Below, in pieces: positions 17,281 to 33,386 of a stretch of DNA of 64,000 bases. Within the stretch, counting starts at the first letter, position 1. Every line of letters starts with the position of its first letter. Under the pieces are notes generated by a model, which had not been told where the DNA came from, searched no databases, and saw only the letters and a program-made list of their open reading frames with translations. Position numbers and translations under genes: made by a program. Source of the DNA: the human T2T-CHM13v2.0 reference genome, Homo sapiens; NCBI RefSeq assembly GCF_009914755.1, contig NC_060936.1; one strand, written 5' to 3'.

Positions 17281-18073
17281 TCAGGACATAGACATAGGCA
17301 AGGCCTTGAGGACGAAAATACCAAAAGCACTGGCAGCAAAAGCCAAAATAGACAAATTGGATCTAATTAAACTGAAGAGCTTCTGCACGGCAAAAGAAAC
17401 TACCATCAGAGTGAGCAGACAACCTACAGAATGGGAGAAAATTTTTCAATCTACACATCTGACAAAGGGCTAATATCCAGAATCTACAAAGAACTTAAAC
17501 AAATTTACAATAAAAAAATCCCATCAAAAAGTGGGCAAAGGATATGAACAGACACTTCTCGAAAGAAGACATTTATGCAGCCAACAGACACATGAAAAAA
17601 TGCTCATCATCACTGGTGATCAGAGAAATTCAAATCAAAACCACAATGAAATACTATCTCATGCCAGTTAGAATGGCGATCATTAAAAAGCCAGGAAACA
17701 ACAGATGCTGGAGAGGATGTGGAGAAATAGGAACGCTTTACACTGTTGGTGGGAGTGTAAATTACTTCAACCATTATGAAAGACAGTGTAGTGATTCCTC
17801 AAGGATCTAGAGCTAGAAATACCATTTGACCCAGTGATTCCAATACTGGCTATCTACACAAAGGATTAAATAGCATGCTACTATAAAGACACATGCACAC
17901 GTATGTTCATTGCGGCACTATTCACAATAGTGAAGACTGGGATCCAACCCAAATGTCCATCAATGATAGATTGGCTAAAGAAAATGTGGCACATATACAC
18001 CATAGAATACTATGCAACCATAAAAAAGGATGAGATCATGTCCTTTGCAGGGACATGTATGAAGCAGGAAACT
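17281..18073 (+). mobile_element. Internal L1PA fragment (ORF2 C-terminus and start of 3'UTR), no poly(A), no TSD
   Basis: Translates to [21 protein letters not shown] and [21 protein letters not shown]; stops inside the 3'UTR. Confidence 0.9.
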
Positions 18074-18518
18074 CAATAATATTTACATAAAGTATTATTA
18101 AAACTAACATTTTATAAGCCTTTTTCTATTATAATTTAGAATGTAACCTTAATTCAAAAATTGTTACTCTTTTTAAATTCTATGAGTGTGATTTTATGCA
18201 CATTTATTAATAATGAATTATATATTTTATATATGTATTCATTTTCCTTTATTCGTTTTTCTAATATTTTTTAAAGTTTTAAGTGCTCTTTTATTATGAA
18301 CACATGTAATTATACTAGACATACTTCTTTTAACCAAATATTATGCCAAATGACTTTGAGAAAATATGATTAGTTAACAGCATACTGTAAGGCAACTTTC
18401 AGCATTGTTTAACAACTACTTAAAAGGACCCAAAGAAAATAATATGTTGAAATATCAAATCAGTATATAAGTGTAATGAAGGTGCCTATGGGAAAATACA
18501 AATTCTACCATTACTGTT

Positions 18519-19440
18519 ATGGATAATAATGATGAGTAGTAAACATACCATGTCTGAATTTTTTTAAGGCAGGCCTAATATCAATGGGCAATATTCCCTT
18601 TAAGGTCCTGACCTTAATTTCTATGTGCACCTGATTTCTGATTGTGCAGTAATGTTCTTGTTCCTTTTAAATTCTCTGACTAATGTCAAGCAGGAACGCA
18701 CCGGGCCATGCTACTGAATGAGTTCAAGGCTGTCTTAATGGAAAACATGATAATTTCCAAAACAGCTCAAATTAACTCCTATTCAAATGCTGTGACCTTG
18801 TTATAAGATAAAATGTTTCATGCTGATGTTGAAGTAAAAGCTGAATTCTCATTTGCCAGCATGCAAATCAGGTCATATTCTTATTCATCATTTTGCCATT
18901 TATTCCTTGTTTAACCTCTCTATAATTTGTGCTGAGCAATGGCAGTTGTAAGGGAAATTTTCTAACCTAATACATAGATCGTACATCAGATGCCTACACT
19001 GTTATATGCAGCTCGGTCAAAACTAGAATCACGACCACTGTTGATTCACCTTTTCTGTGCCAGATTTAGTGAGTCCTAACTTTTCCTACCAAAAGCATCC
19101 AGCGTTTTCTTGGGAAGCCCAGGAAGGCCAATATTCCTAAAAATCTGGTTGCTGCCAACTAATAATTTTGTATAACTTATTGTTAACAAGCTCATTAACA
19201 CAAACACGTTCACACACACACATACACACACCTCATAGTTGGGAAATATTATTGTCCTATAATTTCTAAAATGAAAAAATAATTTTCTTACTTGGGCTTT
19301 TCAGTGCATTTTCAATCTTTATCAAACTTAGCCTCTCATATTTAGGACTTTGACTAAATTATTCTCTTGAGCCTAATACTTAAATATTAGTTGTTTAATT
19401 AAAATACTCAGCAATTTTATAACTATTCCTTGGGCACTTA
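18519..19440 (-). pseudogene. Headless TAS2R remnant B1: promoter block plus ~9 codons (MVCLLLIII), ATG at 18551
   Basis: TTCAGAC-ATG GTA TGT TTA CTA CTC ATC ATT; upstream block homologous to TAS2R promoters; same non-coding junction as the other remnants. Confidence 0.8.
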
Positions 19441-19744
19441 AAAAACATGTTTTCCATTGAAGAGTCTACACTTCTCTGTGTATGAATAGTCAGTTGTATT
19501 TTCCTCTATTTAATTCATTTTTGATTACTTAATGGTTTAGATGAATAGATGTTAAAATCAGTCTCCAATCTTGGATTTTTATTTCTTTTCAGTTTTTACA
19601 GTATGATGGTTTCTAAGAGGGGATCTTGGAGTCAGACTGCCAGGACAGGAAACCAGATTCCCTGCTTGGTATAGCTATGATCTGAGACTCCATTTTACAA
19701 CTACTCCCTGCCTCAGTATTATCACCTATAAAAAGCAGATGATT

Positions 19745-20035
19745 GGCCAGGCCCGTGGCTCCCAGCAATTTGGCAGGCTGAGGCAGGTGGATCACCTGAG
19801 GTTAGGACTTCAAGACCAGCATGGCCAACATGGTGAAACTCTATATCCACTAGAAATGCAAAAATTAGCCAGGTGTGGTAGTACCCGTCTGTAATCCCAG
19901 GTACTCAGATGGCTGCAGCAAAAGAATCATTTGAACCCAGGAGGTGGAGGTTGTAGTTAGTCGAGATCACACCACTGCACACCAGCCTGGGAGACAGAGC
20001 TAGACTCCGTCTCGAGAAAACAACAACAAAAAAAG
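19745..20035 (+). mobile_element. AluSx-like; paralog at 49734-50028
   Basis: Alu consensus text with A-rich tail. Confidence 0.9.
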
Positions 20036-20201
20036 CAGATGATAATAAATCTGTCTTTGGCTAGTTTTCTTATGAGTTAACATACTATTTGTATAACTGC
20101 TTTCCATTTTACCTTTTTGCTATAGGCAGGAACCAAAGATTGTTAATTATTGATTTGAACCTGTTTTACTTGATATTTAAGACACCAGTAAGAACTTTCA
20201 C

Positions 20202-20490
20202 TTTTTTTTTTTTCTTCTTAGACAGAGTCTCCCTCTGTTACCCAAGCTGGAGTACAGTGGCAGGATCATAGCCCACTACAGCCTTGAAACCCTGGGCTCA
20301 AGCAATCCTCCTGCCTCAGTTTCCCAAGTATTTGGAACTATAGGCATGCAGCACCACGCCAGCTAATTTTTCAATTTTTTGTAGACATGGAGTTTCCATA
20401 TGTTGCAAAGGGAACTCCTGCTCTCAAGGGATTCTCCCACCTTGGCCTCCCAAACTACTAAGACTACAGGCATGAGCCATCACATCCAGC
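20202..20490 (-). mobile_element. AluJ; paralogs at 50207-50498 and 34249-35700 (interrupted)
   Basis: AluJ-type text (GGCTCAAGCAATCCTCC); same right flank in three copies. Confidence 0.85.
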
Positions 20491-22610
<2,120 letters not shown>

Positions 22611-24558
22611 AACAGGTAATACATAAAAAACATTTTAGTAAAGTAGCTGGTTACTAACTCAATTTTTAAAATGAAATGCCATTTTTGTTTAAATAATAAT
22701 CAACTAGAAAATATCATAATACAAATATATAATTCACAATAGAAAAAAATACATATTCAAATAGACCAAGGTTGTTTATACGCTTTCTAAAAATATTGTA
22801 ATAGGCGCCATCTAATTTTGATGTTCTACCTTGTCTCCAATTCAGACACCTGATACAGCTGCATCAAGACTATATTATTGTCATATTTCCCCTAAAATTG
22901 TGGAATAGCCAAACTTTTCCTCTGCGGAAGGATTCTGCTTGGATAAGCCTGTAACCTTAACCTGAGAACAGAACAGGGGAACTCATGCAACTGCAGATTT
23001 TGTGATGAGTTTCCCTTTCATTGGTTTACCACATCAGCTTACCCATTTTATCCACCCATTTATTTGTTCATTAAAATATCATTTTTGACCATCTATTCTT
23101 GTTGCTGGGTTCTAGGTCCTGGGAGTCAACAGAAAGCAAGAAAGAGATGAGATCATCTTGCTCTCTGATCTTACATTCAACAGAAAGCAAGACAGAGATG
23201 AGATCATCTCTGATCTGATTTTACAGTTCTTACATTGTACTGAGGAAGATACATGATTTTAAAAAAACACATAAATCACATGTGGGGATGATTTATCTTA
23301 AGGTTTAAATCACATTTTTAAAATTTCATAACACCAAAATTAATACAGTCATGTAGAATTTAGCTGTGAACAAGACTGTACATTTCCATCTCATAATAGA
23401 ACTTCCTATTAATGAATATGTCAACCACTTTCATTTCATCATTGACAACAAAATTATAACTGTAAAGCACATTCTATAATTAAAACATAGATTTCATAGA
23501 TGCCATTTTAACATTTACAAAAATTTCATTGATTTATTTTCCATAATTTCTATACTATTTTTACATTGATAGTTTTTTTTTAGAATAAGGAAGATTTGGG
23601 TTCTGTTACCTGAAGTTTAGAAGGAATTTTATAAATGGAAGGTAAGGGTATAATTAACAATTCAGGGGCTTAAAAGTGCTTTAGAAAAAAATACTAAAAT
23701 AGTTTACATCACCTCTCAACTTCTAAAAAAAAGCTTTTCTTTAATCCAAAAGCTGGAAGAAATGACTTTTCTAACTACATATGGAAACTGATAATAGCAA
23801 TCAAGATCACAATCATGATTTTTCATCCCTATTATAGAAGAGATTGTTTTCTAAGCTATTCACATGCTTGTATTAAATCTAATATTCCTCAGAACTGTTT
23901 ATGGTAGACATAGTTGAAACTTACTCTACATATGCTTGTCACTCAAATTTTATTGTGTGCATTGTTTTCTATCAATAATTCTGATTGCTTTTTACTAAAC
24001 ATAAAATAGGAATTCATAATGGAATAAAACCTCAAAGACACATCCTTATTATTGATTTAGAATTGAATGACCTTACCATCCAAAAAGTTACAGGTTCAAA
24101 CAATGAATTCGAAGCACACTGTGGTATATTTGTGTGGTTCAAATAACAATAGAAAACAGCAATGTCTTTCCTGAGATAAGCTGATAGTTCTTAATAATTA
24201 TAAATATAGATCATAAATTATTCAAATGAAATATAAAATACATAAATGAAATAGGTATGGATTCATAATTCTTAAGAATTTTTGTCATATTTTGTATAAT
24301 TTGGCAGTTTGTGTGAAAAAACAAAAAAGAGTATGTCACTGTCAATGTTCTTTTGTTTTTCATACAAACATACACACAAAAATACATATATATACATACG
24401 CACTTTTTTAGACTAACGTTAGGTAAAAGACTTTTCTAGGTACATGCTTGAAAGTTATTCATATACATACATTACAGAAAACACAGTAAGAAATATAAAA
24501 TGCTTCATATAACACGTTTGTTTTCTGCTAGAAGATACACAATGCTGCTCTTGTGAAT

Positions 24559-25488
24559 CTATGAAGATGAAGGCTTCTCTCCTTTCACCCAGTACCTCAC
24601 ATGCCACAAAACTGAAAGAAAAGTCTGCTTTAGCTTCTTGTTTCCCCAAATCAGGATGAATGGGTGGGTTGAAGGATAGCTGAATGCAATAGCTTCGCAG
24701 AACATGAAGACAGGTTTGTTTTCCAGACTCTCAAAACTCTAAACTGACATGATTATGGACAGAAAGTAAATGGCACATAACAAGAGGAAGGAGGTCACAG
24801 TTTGCATAGCTTTTATGTGGACCTTCATGCTGGGATCTTGAGATCCTTTGCCATGGAGCTGCATCTTTTTGAGATGTTTACACAGAGAACAGATTAACAG
24901 CAGAAAAGATATCAGGGTCAGAGTGAAGGGAACTAAGTTTGCTAGGATGGTTACCGTTGTATTTGAAAGGTACATTGCACTCCTCAGTTTGATCTTCCAA
25001 GTCATGTTTCCTTCATATTCTTTTGTCCATATAATCTGATTCATGTTTATCACAAAAAGATGACAAACCAAAAATAGCAAAGGCCCCAATAGTATCACCA
25101 GAACAACACTCTTAACTCTCCTCTTTAAGTGAAGAAAAATAAGGTTGGAGAAATTGGCAATCTTGAGCAAATAAAATATGCTGAGGCTAGTAGCAAGCCA
25201 GTTGCTGAAATGGTTGATTACTGCCCAGACATTGTAAGCAGTAATTCTTACTTCTATACTGTTAAAAGCTGGATTCAACTCAGTTGCATACCAATTTAAT
25301 ACTAATACCCAGAGTAAACCAACTCTGGAGACTGCCAGAGCAGTGAGAATTTGGTCAGCAAAAGAGATCTTTTGTCTCTTGAACCACTCAATGGAATTTA
25401 CCAATGCTATGAAGCCATTAGCAAAATTTCCAATCACAAATGTAACCACTATTAGAATGGAAAAAATGATGGGCAGAAAAGTTATCAT
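24559..25488 (-). CDS. TAS2R46: Bitter taste receptor TAS2R46, nonsense allele W250* (ORF ends at 24739, 249 aa; native 309-codon frame ends at TAG 24559-24561); also L228M
   Basis: Translation [40 protein letters not shown]...[13 protein letters not shown]...DPSMKVHIK matches the TAS2R46 I recall. Codon 250 is TAG (24739-24741) where the TAS2R45 paralog has TGG. The frame continues [38 protein letters not shown]... to a TAG exactly 930 nt from the ATG. Confidence 0.95.
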
Positions 25489-27981
25489 GTCTGAACAGAC
25501 AAAAAGAAATTTTTAAAATGCTGGTGTAATATCACTGGTTGTGATTGCTTGAATATCCTGACCTTAAATTCTATATGCACCTGATTTGTGTATGTGCTGT
25601 GACATTCTTTTTACTTTTAATTGTTGTTACCAATGTCAAGCCAGAAATCACCATGGCATGCTAATGGGTAAGTTCAACGCTCTCTTTATGGAAAATATTC
25701 TTATTTTCAAAACAACTCAAATTAACCCATTCATTCACTGTCTGTCCTTGTTATAGGCTGGAATTATTCATACTGAAGTTGACATGAAACCTGAATTCTC
25801 ATTTGCTAGTATGCAAACAAGGACATATTCACTTTCAGTGTTTGCAATTTTTCCTTGTGTAACCTCTCCATCATTTGTCTTTAGTGACTTCAGTTGTTAG
25901 GGAAGTTTTATAACCCAATACAGAGATCATATAGTAAATGTCTAAATTCTTAAAAGGAGCTTGGTCATAATTAAGTTCATCACCTATATGGACTTTTTTA
26001 AATGACAGATTTAAATACACAGAATCCAAACTGCTTTTATCAAAAATATCTAAGATTTTCTGGAGAACCTCAGAATCTGGTTGCTGCTAATACGTTTGTA
26101 TAACTTCATTATTCACAAGCTCATAAATACACACACAAACACACACATGTGCACACCACTCACGAATGGAACAAATTATTTTCTCATCAGTTCCAAAATA
26201 AAAAAAGGAGTTTCCAGGAGGTTGTCTAGGTGAAGTTAGTCCTATTTTCCCACTCAGGGCTTTCAGCTCATGAATAATATTTATTTATCAAACATATCTC
26301 TAATTCTTAGGCCTTTGGTAAAGTTTCTCTCAAGACTAATGTTTAAATATTTATTACTATACAAAACATTTAGCAATTGTATAAGAATTCCTGAGTACCC
26401 AACCCTTTGATATATAGTCTTGCAGTATCCTGCCATCACTGAGAAGACTGACTACCTTGCCCCTGAACTTGGAGTACAACCATTTAACTTGCTTTGATAA
26501 ACAGAAAATTACTACACTTTGCATAGAGATTTCAGATGGCTTCCATAATGGGGATTCTTCCTCTTTCCATTTACCATGAGAATATCACCTGGCTAGTACA
26601 CTGTTCCCAGAAGGAGAGTGAGAAACTAATGAAGTCAGATTGCCCCCACCTGATCCAGACCAAATTGGCCAAACTCTAACTACTACCAAGATTCAGAATT
26701 TGGTCCATTTCAAATAAACAGAGCCATCCACCAAACCCAGCTTAAAAAAAATGAAATCCAACAACATGTGAGATATAAACATCTAATGTAGTTTGGAGGG
26801 TTTTTCTCTTGCAGAAAAACATAACTGATAAATCAACTCTGCTAAACCAAGAGTGTGGGAAATATGTACAACCTTGTTGTGTCAGGAATTCAGGAGCCAA
26901 AAGCAAAAATAGATGGGAAATTGCAAAGGTTTGTTCTTGTGAGGTCGATAATTAAGGCTAGAAGAAATCCATTGGAAAGTTCTGGGGTTGGAGGATAACA
27001 TCATCTCAAATTTCCTCACGTTGCAACTAAATAAGAAAGTGCTCACTTCAACTCCCTTAGAGTTGTATAACAATGTATACAAATAGTTTATTATTGCCAT
27101 CAGTATATAATGAGATGAATAATAATAATTTCTATGAGACATATCTCCTAATTAAACATTTTACATTAAAATTATAATGCACACTTAGAAATGAACCAAA
27201 ACAAAAATGGGAAATACTGCAGTGTATCATAAACATTCAAGTAACCATGATGCAGGCAAGACAAGGAACACCAAACACAACCTAGGTCCACCTCCATGCC
27301 ACTTTCCAAGTCCCTAAACATTTCTTCATACCTCCTGAGATAAGCAATATCCAAAATTTATGGTGATTATTTCCTTAATTTTCTTTACACTTTACCAACT
27401 AGGTATGCAACCCTAAACTCCATCGCTTGGTCTGGCCTGCTTTGCACTGTGTGTAGGTGCAATCCTACATGTTCTTCTTGTTTGTGGCTTCTTGGACTCA
27501 ACATTGTGTTTCTGAAATTTAGTCACATAGTTGCAAGTACATGTGATTTTTTTTCACTTCTCTATATTGTTCCATTGTGTGGATTTACTGTAATGATTGA
27601 TCTATCCTTAATATATATTTGGCCAGCTTCTTTTTTGAACAGTTACGAATAATTCTACTAGAGCATTCTTTCATATATCATTTGATGCAATTCCTCTGTA
27701 TATATACCTTTGAGTAGAATTACAGGGTCATTGTGCAAAATATCCTCATAGACATAGAAAAGTTTAAAAGATAATTTAACTAAATGTACTCCTGTCAGCT
27801 TTACCTCCATTCTATTTTTTGCCATTTGCATATATCTTATCAATTATATAATTACCCCAACAAGACATTATTATTTTATGCAGTAAACATTCATTTAGAA
27901 TTATGCACATATTTACCACTTCATTAATTTGTATTCCTTTTTGCATATTCAATTTAATAGTTTCAAAAAGTCCTTTTATTG

Positions 27982-28260
27982 GCAAGGCAGGGTGGCTCAC
28001 ACCCATAATCTCAACATTTTGTAAGGCTGAGTCAGGAACACCCAGGAGTTCAAGACCAGCCTGTGCAACACAGCGAAACTGTGTCTACAATAAATGAAAA
28101 AGCCAGGCATAAGGAAGCTACTCACAAGGCTGAGGTGGGAGGATGGTTTGATCCCGGGAGTTCCAGACTGCAGTAAGCCATGATCCTACCACTGAACTCC
28201 AGCCTGGACACCAGATTGAGACTCCAACTCCACATAGAATAATACTGATAATAATAATAA
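27982..28260 (+). mobile_element. Degenerate AluJ
   Basis: Alu text with internal deletions and an (ATA)n tail. Confidence 0.8.
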
Positions 28261-29804
28261 TTTTTCTATTATCTGAAAAAAATATCATTTTAAGTTTCTG
28301 TTTATCAAGGTCTATTCTACTTTTGAAATGCACTGAAGGCATGATTCCATTGAATTCTAGCTTCATTTTTGTCTGTTGAAAATCAGGTTGTCATTTAGAC
28401 AGTTATTCCCTTTAACATAATCTGTCTTTTCCTTTAGTTACCTTTCAGGTTTTTTATTGGTCTTTGATGTCCTGTCATTTTATATTAATTTGGTTTTAGT
28501 TATCTTGTCTGAAGTTTGATGGTTTCTAAAAATATATGAACTGATACACTTTACCACTTTTGGAAAAATCTCCACAATGCTTCTGGCCCATTTTCTCTCT
28601 TCTAATCTTCTGGAACTGCAGAAGTATGTTAGTTGTTCTGATTGTAGCTTCAATGTCTCTGACCCTCTAGCCTTATATTTTCTACCTCTTGGTCTCTTTA
28701 TGCTTCATTCTGGGCAGTTATCTTCCAATTCACTAATTCTTTCTTATGTTTAACTGGTTCTCAACTCTGTCTATTGGATTCTCAATATTCATTACTCTTT
28801 TTTATCTTATTGTTTTAGGGGTAGAAATGAACTTTTATTCTCTTGCTATAAATCATTTTTAATGGAGAAACTAAACAAAGTATTTATAACACCAAGTTCT
28901 TAAAAAATAGTTTTTATAAATTTTTAGTACACCTGACATGAAAATTTTAGTGATTTTCTTCTTTTTGTAATACTTAGGTCACAGAAGAGATCAAAATTAT
29001 GGTCTAGGCATTCTCCTGCCACTGGGAAGAAACTGGAAATTGATTTGATGTGAGTAGCTTCTTTTGAATAGTAACTTGTCTGTTGCTGGGTCATCACCAC
29101 AAACTCTCCTCAAAGGGAAATTCAGTGAACAGCACTGGATCTCAAACTGTCATTACAATTAATAAAATAGAGTATCTCAACTACAGCTCCACCTTTCTAT
29201 TCCATGATTTAAATTTTACTCTGTTTTCATTAGCAGAAATCAAGACTTCTTCATTTATAACAATCTTCAAAAGATCAAAGAGTAAAACAGTACATACAAG
29301 TTTATGAAAGATTGAAGAACTTTTAAGTCTCATGGAAACAAAACTGAATCTGGTGTTTCTAAAGAATTCCACCATTTAATCCCTATCCATAGTATAGTTT
29401 TGTTTATAGAACTATAACTTTCAAACTCCACCATCACTCACACAAGTGTGACAGAAGATCTGAGGTCTTAACTCTGTTTGACTATTTGGTCCTAAAATCC
29501 TCTCTTAGAAATAAAAGCTAGCTCATAAAATGTATTATTTGCTTTATCCTTCTTATTGGGTAGTTTTAGTTACACTAAAATCTAAATTGTTTCTATAGTG
29601 ATCATAATGAAACAAGGATTAGTTTAAGCTCATCCATAAATAATTATTTGCTTAAGCAATATATTGTAAAATAAGCTATACCTAATTTCTAAATCTACAT
29701 GTATTGAGCATGACTAAGCTTTGCTGTTTACTCCTGTAATTTTCCCACAATGACGGTCTTTTTAAAATTACTTATTTTCCAAATTACGTATTTTTTAAAT
29801 TAAC

Positions 29805-29984
29805 TTTTCTTTTTTTGTGTTTTTTTATTTTTTTTATTTTTTATTTCTTTATTATTATTATACTTTAAGTTTTAGGGTTACATGTGCACAATGTGCCGGT
29901 TAGTTACATATGTATACATGTGCCATGCTGGTGTGCTGCACCCATTAACTCGTCATTTAGCATTAGGTATATCTCCTAATGCTA
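29805..29984 (-). mobile_element. Short young L1PA 3' end
   Basis: TTATTATACTTTAAGTTTTAGGG...CATGTGCCATGCTGGTGTGCTGCACCCATTAACTCGTCATTTAGCATTAGG; imperfect TSD TA(C/T)GTATTT. Confidence 0.88.
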
Positions 29985-30960
29985 TGTATTTAAATATTTC
30001 AAAAATAAATCATTTAATGAGATGTATATATAGATGATGATGATAATAATTATGGCAGGTAAAAGGGAGAATGCTATTTGATAAATGTGATTTCCATCTT
30101 GTTTTTTAAGTACTGGAGTTCAGGGTAGTGAGAGAACCCTACTATTCTTCCTCATGGCCTCATGTTTCTTCTATGATTCTCAGCATCAGGCCTAGAGAAG
30201 TATCCTCATGTGGTAGTTCATCAAGAATAATGTAAAACCAACATATTTTCAAGAATTTCTTTGCTTTTTTTTTCTTTTACTACATTTTAAAAATTCATAG
30301 CAAAAGTGACATCCGACAATTAGGATTCTATTTTGGGGCTTTTTGGGCATTTTTCAATATGAATATAGAAAAATACTCTCTGCAATAATACAGTATATCA
30401 ACTTTATTTCATCTTTTAATAGCATCATTAGCAAGCCAAATTCTTGCAAGGCTTTTTCACATTCTTAGCTATGGTGACTAAATCTGGATTTTACTATAGC
30501 AGTCAAAGTAGCATTTTATATGCACAAACATGCTCAAAGATCATGCTAAATATGTTTTATATCTTAAATTTGCCTTTCTATGATTTTTTTCTCTAATGCA
30601 GAACCAAAAAATTTATATTAACAAAATATTTTACCCAACACACAGGTGTACACATGATTAGTATTGTGAAATTAGAATGCTAACAATATGAATACAAATA
30701 TTTCATTTAGAGACACATTTTGGGATAATAGGTCTATGTATTTAACCTCCATCGTAGTATAATTTATTGGAAATTCATGACTTTGTGACACTTTGAAATC
30801 TGTATTAAAAATAATTAAATTGGAAAGAGAAAAAAGGTGTCTAGCCGTCATAAATATTCAAGTTTTGATGTTTCAAATTCATATTAGCATTAAGAAGGTG
30901 GATTTACAGTTCTTGCTTATGTCTTCTTTTTCAAAAAATAATAATTTAAGAAAATTTTCA

Positions 30961-31308
<348 letters not shown>

Positions 31309-32305
31309 TTATTCAGCAAATACTCTAATAACAATGGTATCTATAAGAATATGCTGTATCACCCTAATTTTATATGTAGGAATGTATTTTATGTTTCTGC
31401 TTTTTTAACTTTTTTTTTTTTATTGGGGAGCATAACTTACATATGGAGCATAATAAAACCTAATAAACAGTAAGAGAAAAAATTATAACATTAACATCGA
31501 TGTTACCACACCTTGGTCAGAAAATAGAATTTGCCAGTAATCCAGACACTCCCAATATATGTCTTCTTGCTGACATTTCCCGTTTATCTCCTCCCTCCTG
31601 ATTATCCCAATTGTTATGATGATCACTCATATGTTTCACTGTAGAGTTTTATCACCAATGTAACAAATTACAATATATTAAAAATATTTTTCTTGAACTT
31701 TATGTAAATGAGATTATACTGAATGTATTTTTCCATCTTGATAATTCCTCTCACATTTGTGAGTATTATTATCTATGTAGCTCAAATTTGTTCATTTTCT
31801 TTGTTGTATTATTCTGTTGTAAACATGTCTGTCTAGTTCATTAATTTTGATCACTGTATAGTATTCCATTGTATAAGTATGCCACAATTTGTTTATCCAT
31901 TTGGAGGTCTGAAAGACATTTGGAGGACATGCATAAAGATAAATTTATATTCTTATTTCATACCATACACAAAAAATAACTCATATTTGATTATAGAGCT
32001 ATATGTAAAAGGTGAGATTAGTAACTAAGATACTAAAACATACTACCTGTACAACTGCAAGTAATATAAGTGGGTTAATCAACCATAATTCCATCTGTAT
32101 ATTTCTCTACTTAGATCATTATTTCTATAATAATAATAATCCCCTGCATAGTAATCTATCAATATCTATAATGCTATTTTAAATAAAACTAAATTAGATG
32201 GTGGGTCACCGTCACTCTGATTTAGTGGAAATTCAAGCAAAAATATTATTGATACTCCATCTTTCTCCTTAGATTTTTGGTATTATTACTTCTTTCTATT
32301 TTTCA

Positions 32306-32590
32306 TTTTTTGAGACATGGTCTCACTCTGTAGCCCCAAATGGAGTGCAGTGGTTTGAGATTGGCTCACTGCTGTCTACAGCTCCCAGCCTCAAGCTATC
32401 CTCCCACATTAGCCTCCCAAGTAGCTAGGACTACAGATGGATGCCACCACACCTGGCTAATTGTTGTATTTTTGCTAGAGACTGGGCTTCGCCGTTCTTC
32501 CCAGGTTGGTCTCCACTAATTGCGCTGAAGAAATCTGCCTGCCTAAACCTCCCAAGCTGCTCAATTACGGGCTTAAGCCAGAGCACCCAC
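32306..32590 (-). mobile_element. AluJ
   Basis: Diverged Alu consensus text. Confidence 0.85.
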
Positions 32591-32779
32591 CATCGTACTA
32601 TTACTTCTAAATGTAAATTTGACATTTGAAGGAAAAATATTTACATAATGTGCTATATACCAAGATATGTGAATAAATAAACAATATAAATGGATAATCA
32701 CCCTTATGCCTGTCTGTTGACTGATTTGACTACATTGTCAGTAAGGAGAATACATGAGATCACCAACACAACAGGCATC

Positions 32780-33050
32780 ATTGTAGAGATTGAAGAATTG
32801 AGACCCTGTTGAAAATTGGTATTTTCAGTTTAGAGACAAAAAAGAACTAGCAAAGGAGACTGAGAAGTGCTGCCCAGTGAACAAAGATAAAATCAGGAGA
32901 GGACAGCATCCTGAAATGCAAATAAACTATGTTCAATGTGGCTAATAGAGCATGCAACATGAAGACTAACCTCAGCAACACAGACTCTGGTGATCTTGCA
33001 AATGTCAGAATCAATGAAACGATGACAGTAGCAGCTTCATTGGAATGAGT
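32780..33050 (-). mobile_element. L2 fragment
   Basis: GAACTAGCAAAGGAGACTGAGAAG...AATCAGGAGAG is typical antisense L2 text. Confidence 0.55.
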
Positions 33051-33386
33051 TCATAAGCCAATAGTTGAAGAGGCTTCATACTTTGATAAATACTTATAAA
33101 CCAAGAGCAAAATGGAGCTGAAAAGCTGATTCCTGAGGTCAGCCTTAGAAGTGGAAAATCCAAGAACCTCAACCAGTTGTCAGGACTGAGCCAATTCAGA
33201 GAACAAGAATTCAATAACTGAAGGGAAGCTTAAGTCCCCTTGATAAAAGATGCAGAAAATTCACCACAGAATATTCAGAATGTATTCATATGATGCTTTC
33301 TCAAAGACCTGTAGCCATTTCCCAGATAATAGTACTCAGAGGGAAGGACACACATCCATACCATCTGAGACTTTTAGGTATAGGGC

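Noticed and set aside
24455-24649. 64-aa ORF overlapping the TAS2R46 3' end as a possible re-initiation product
   Set aside because: Non-ATG start and out of frame with the receptor; cannot restore TM7.
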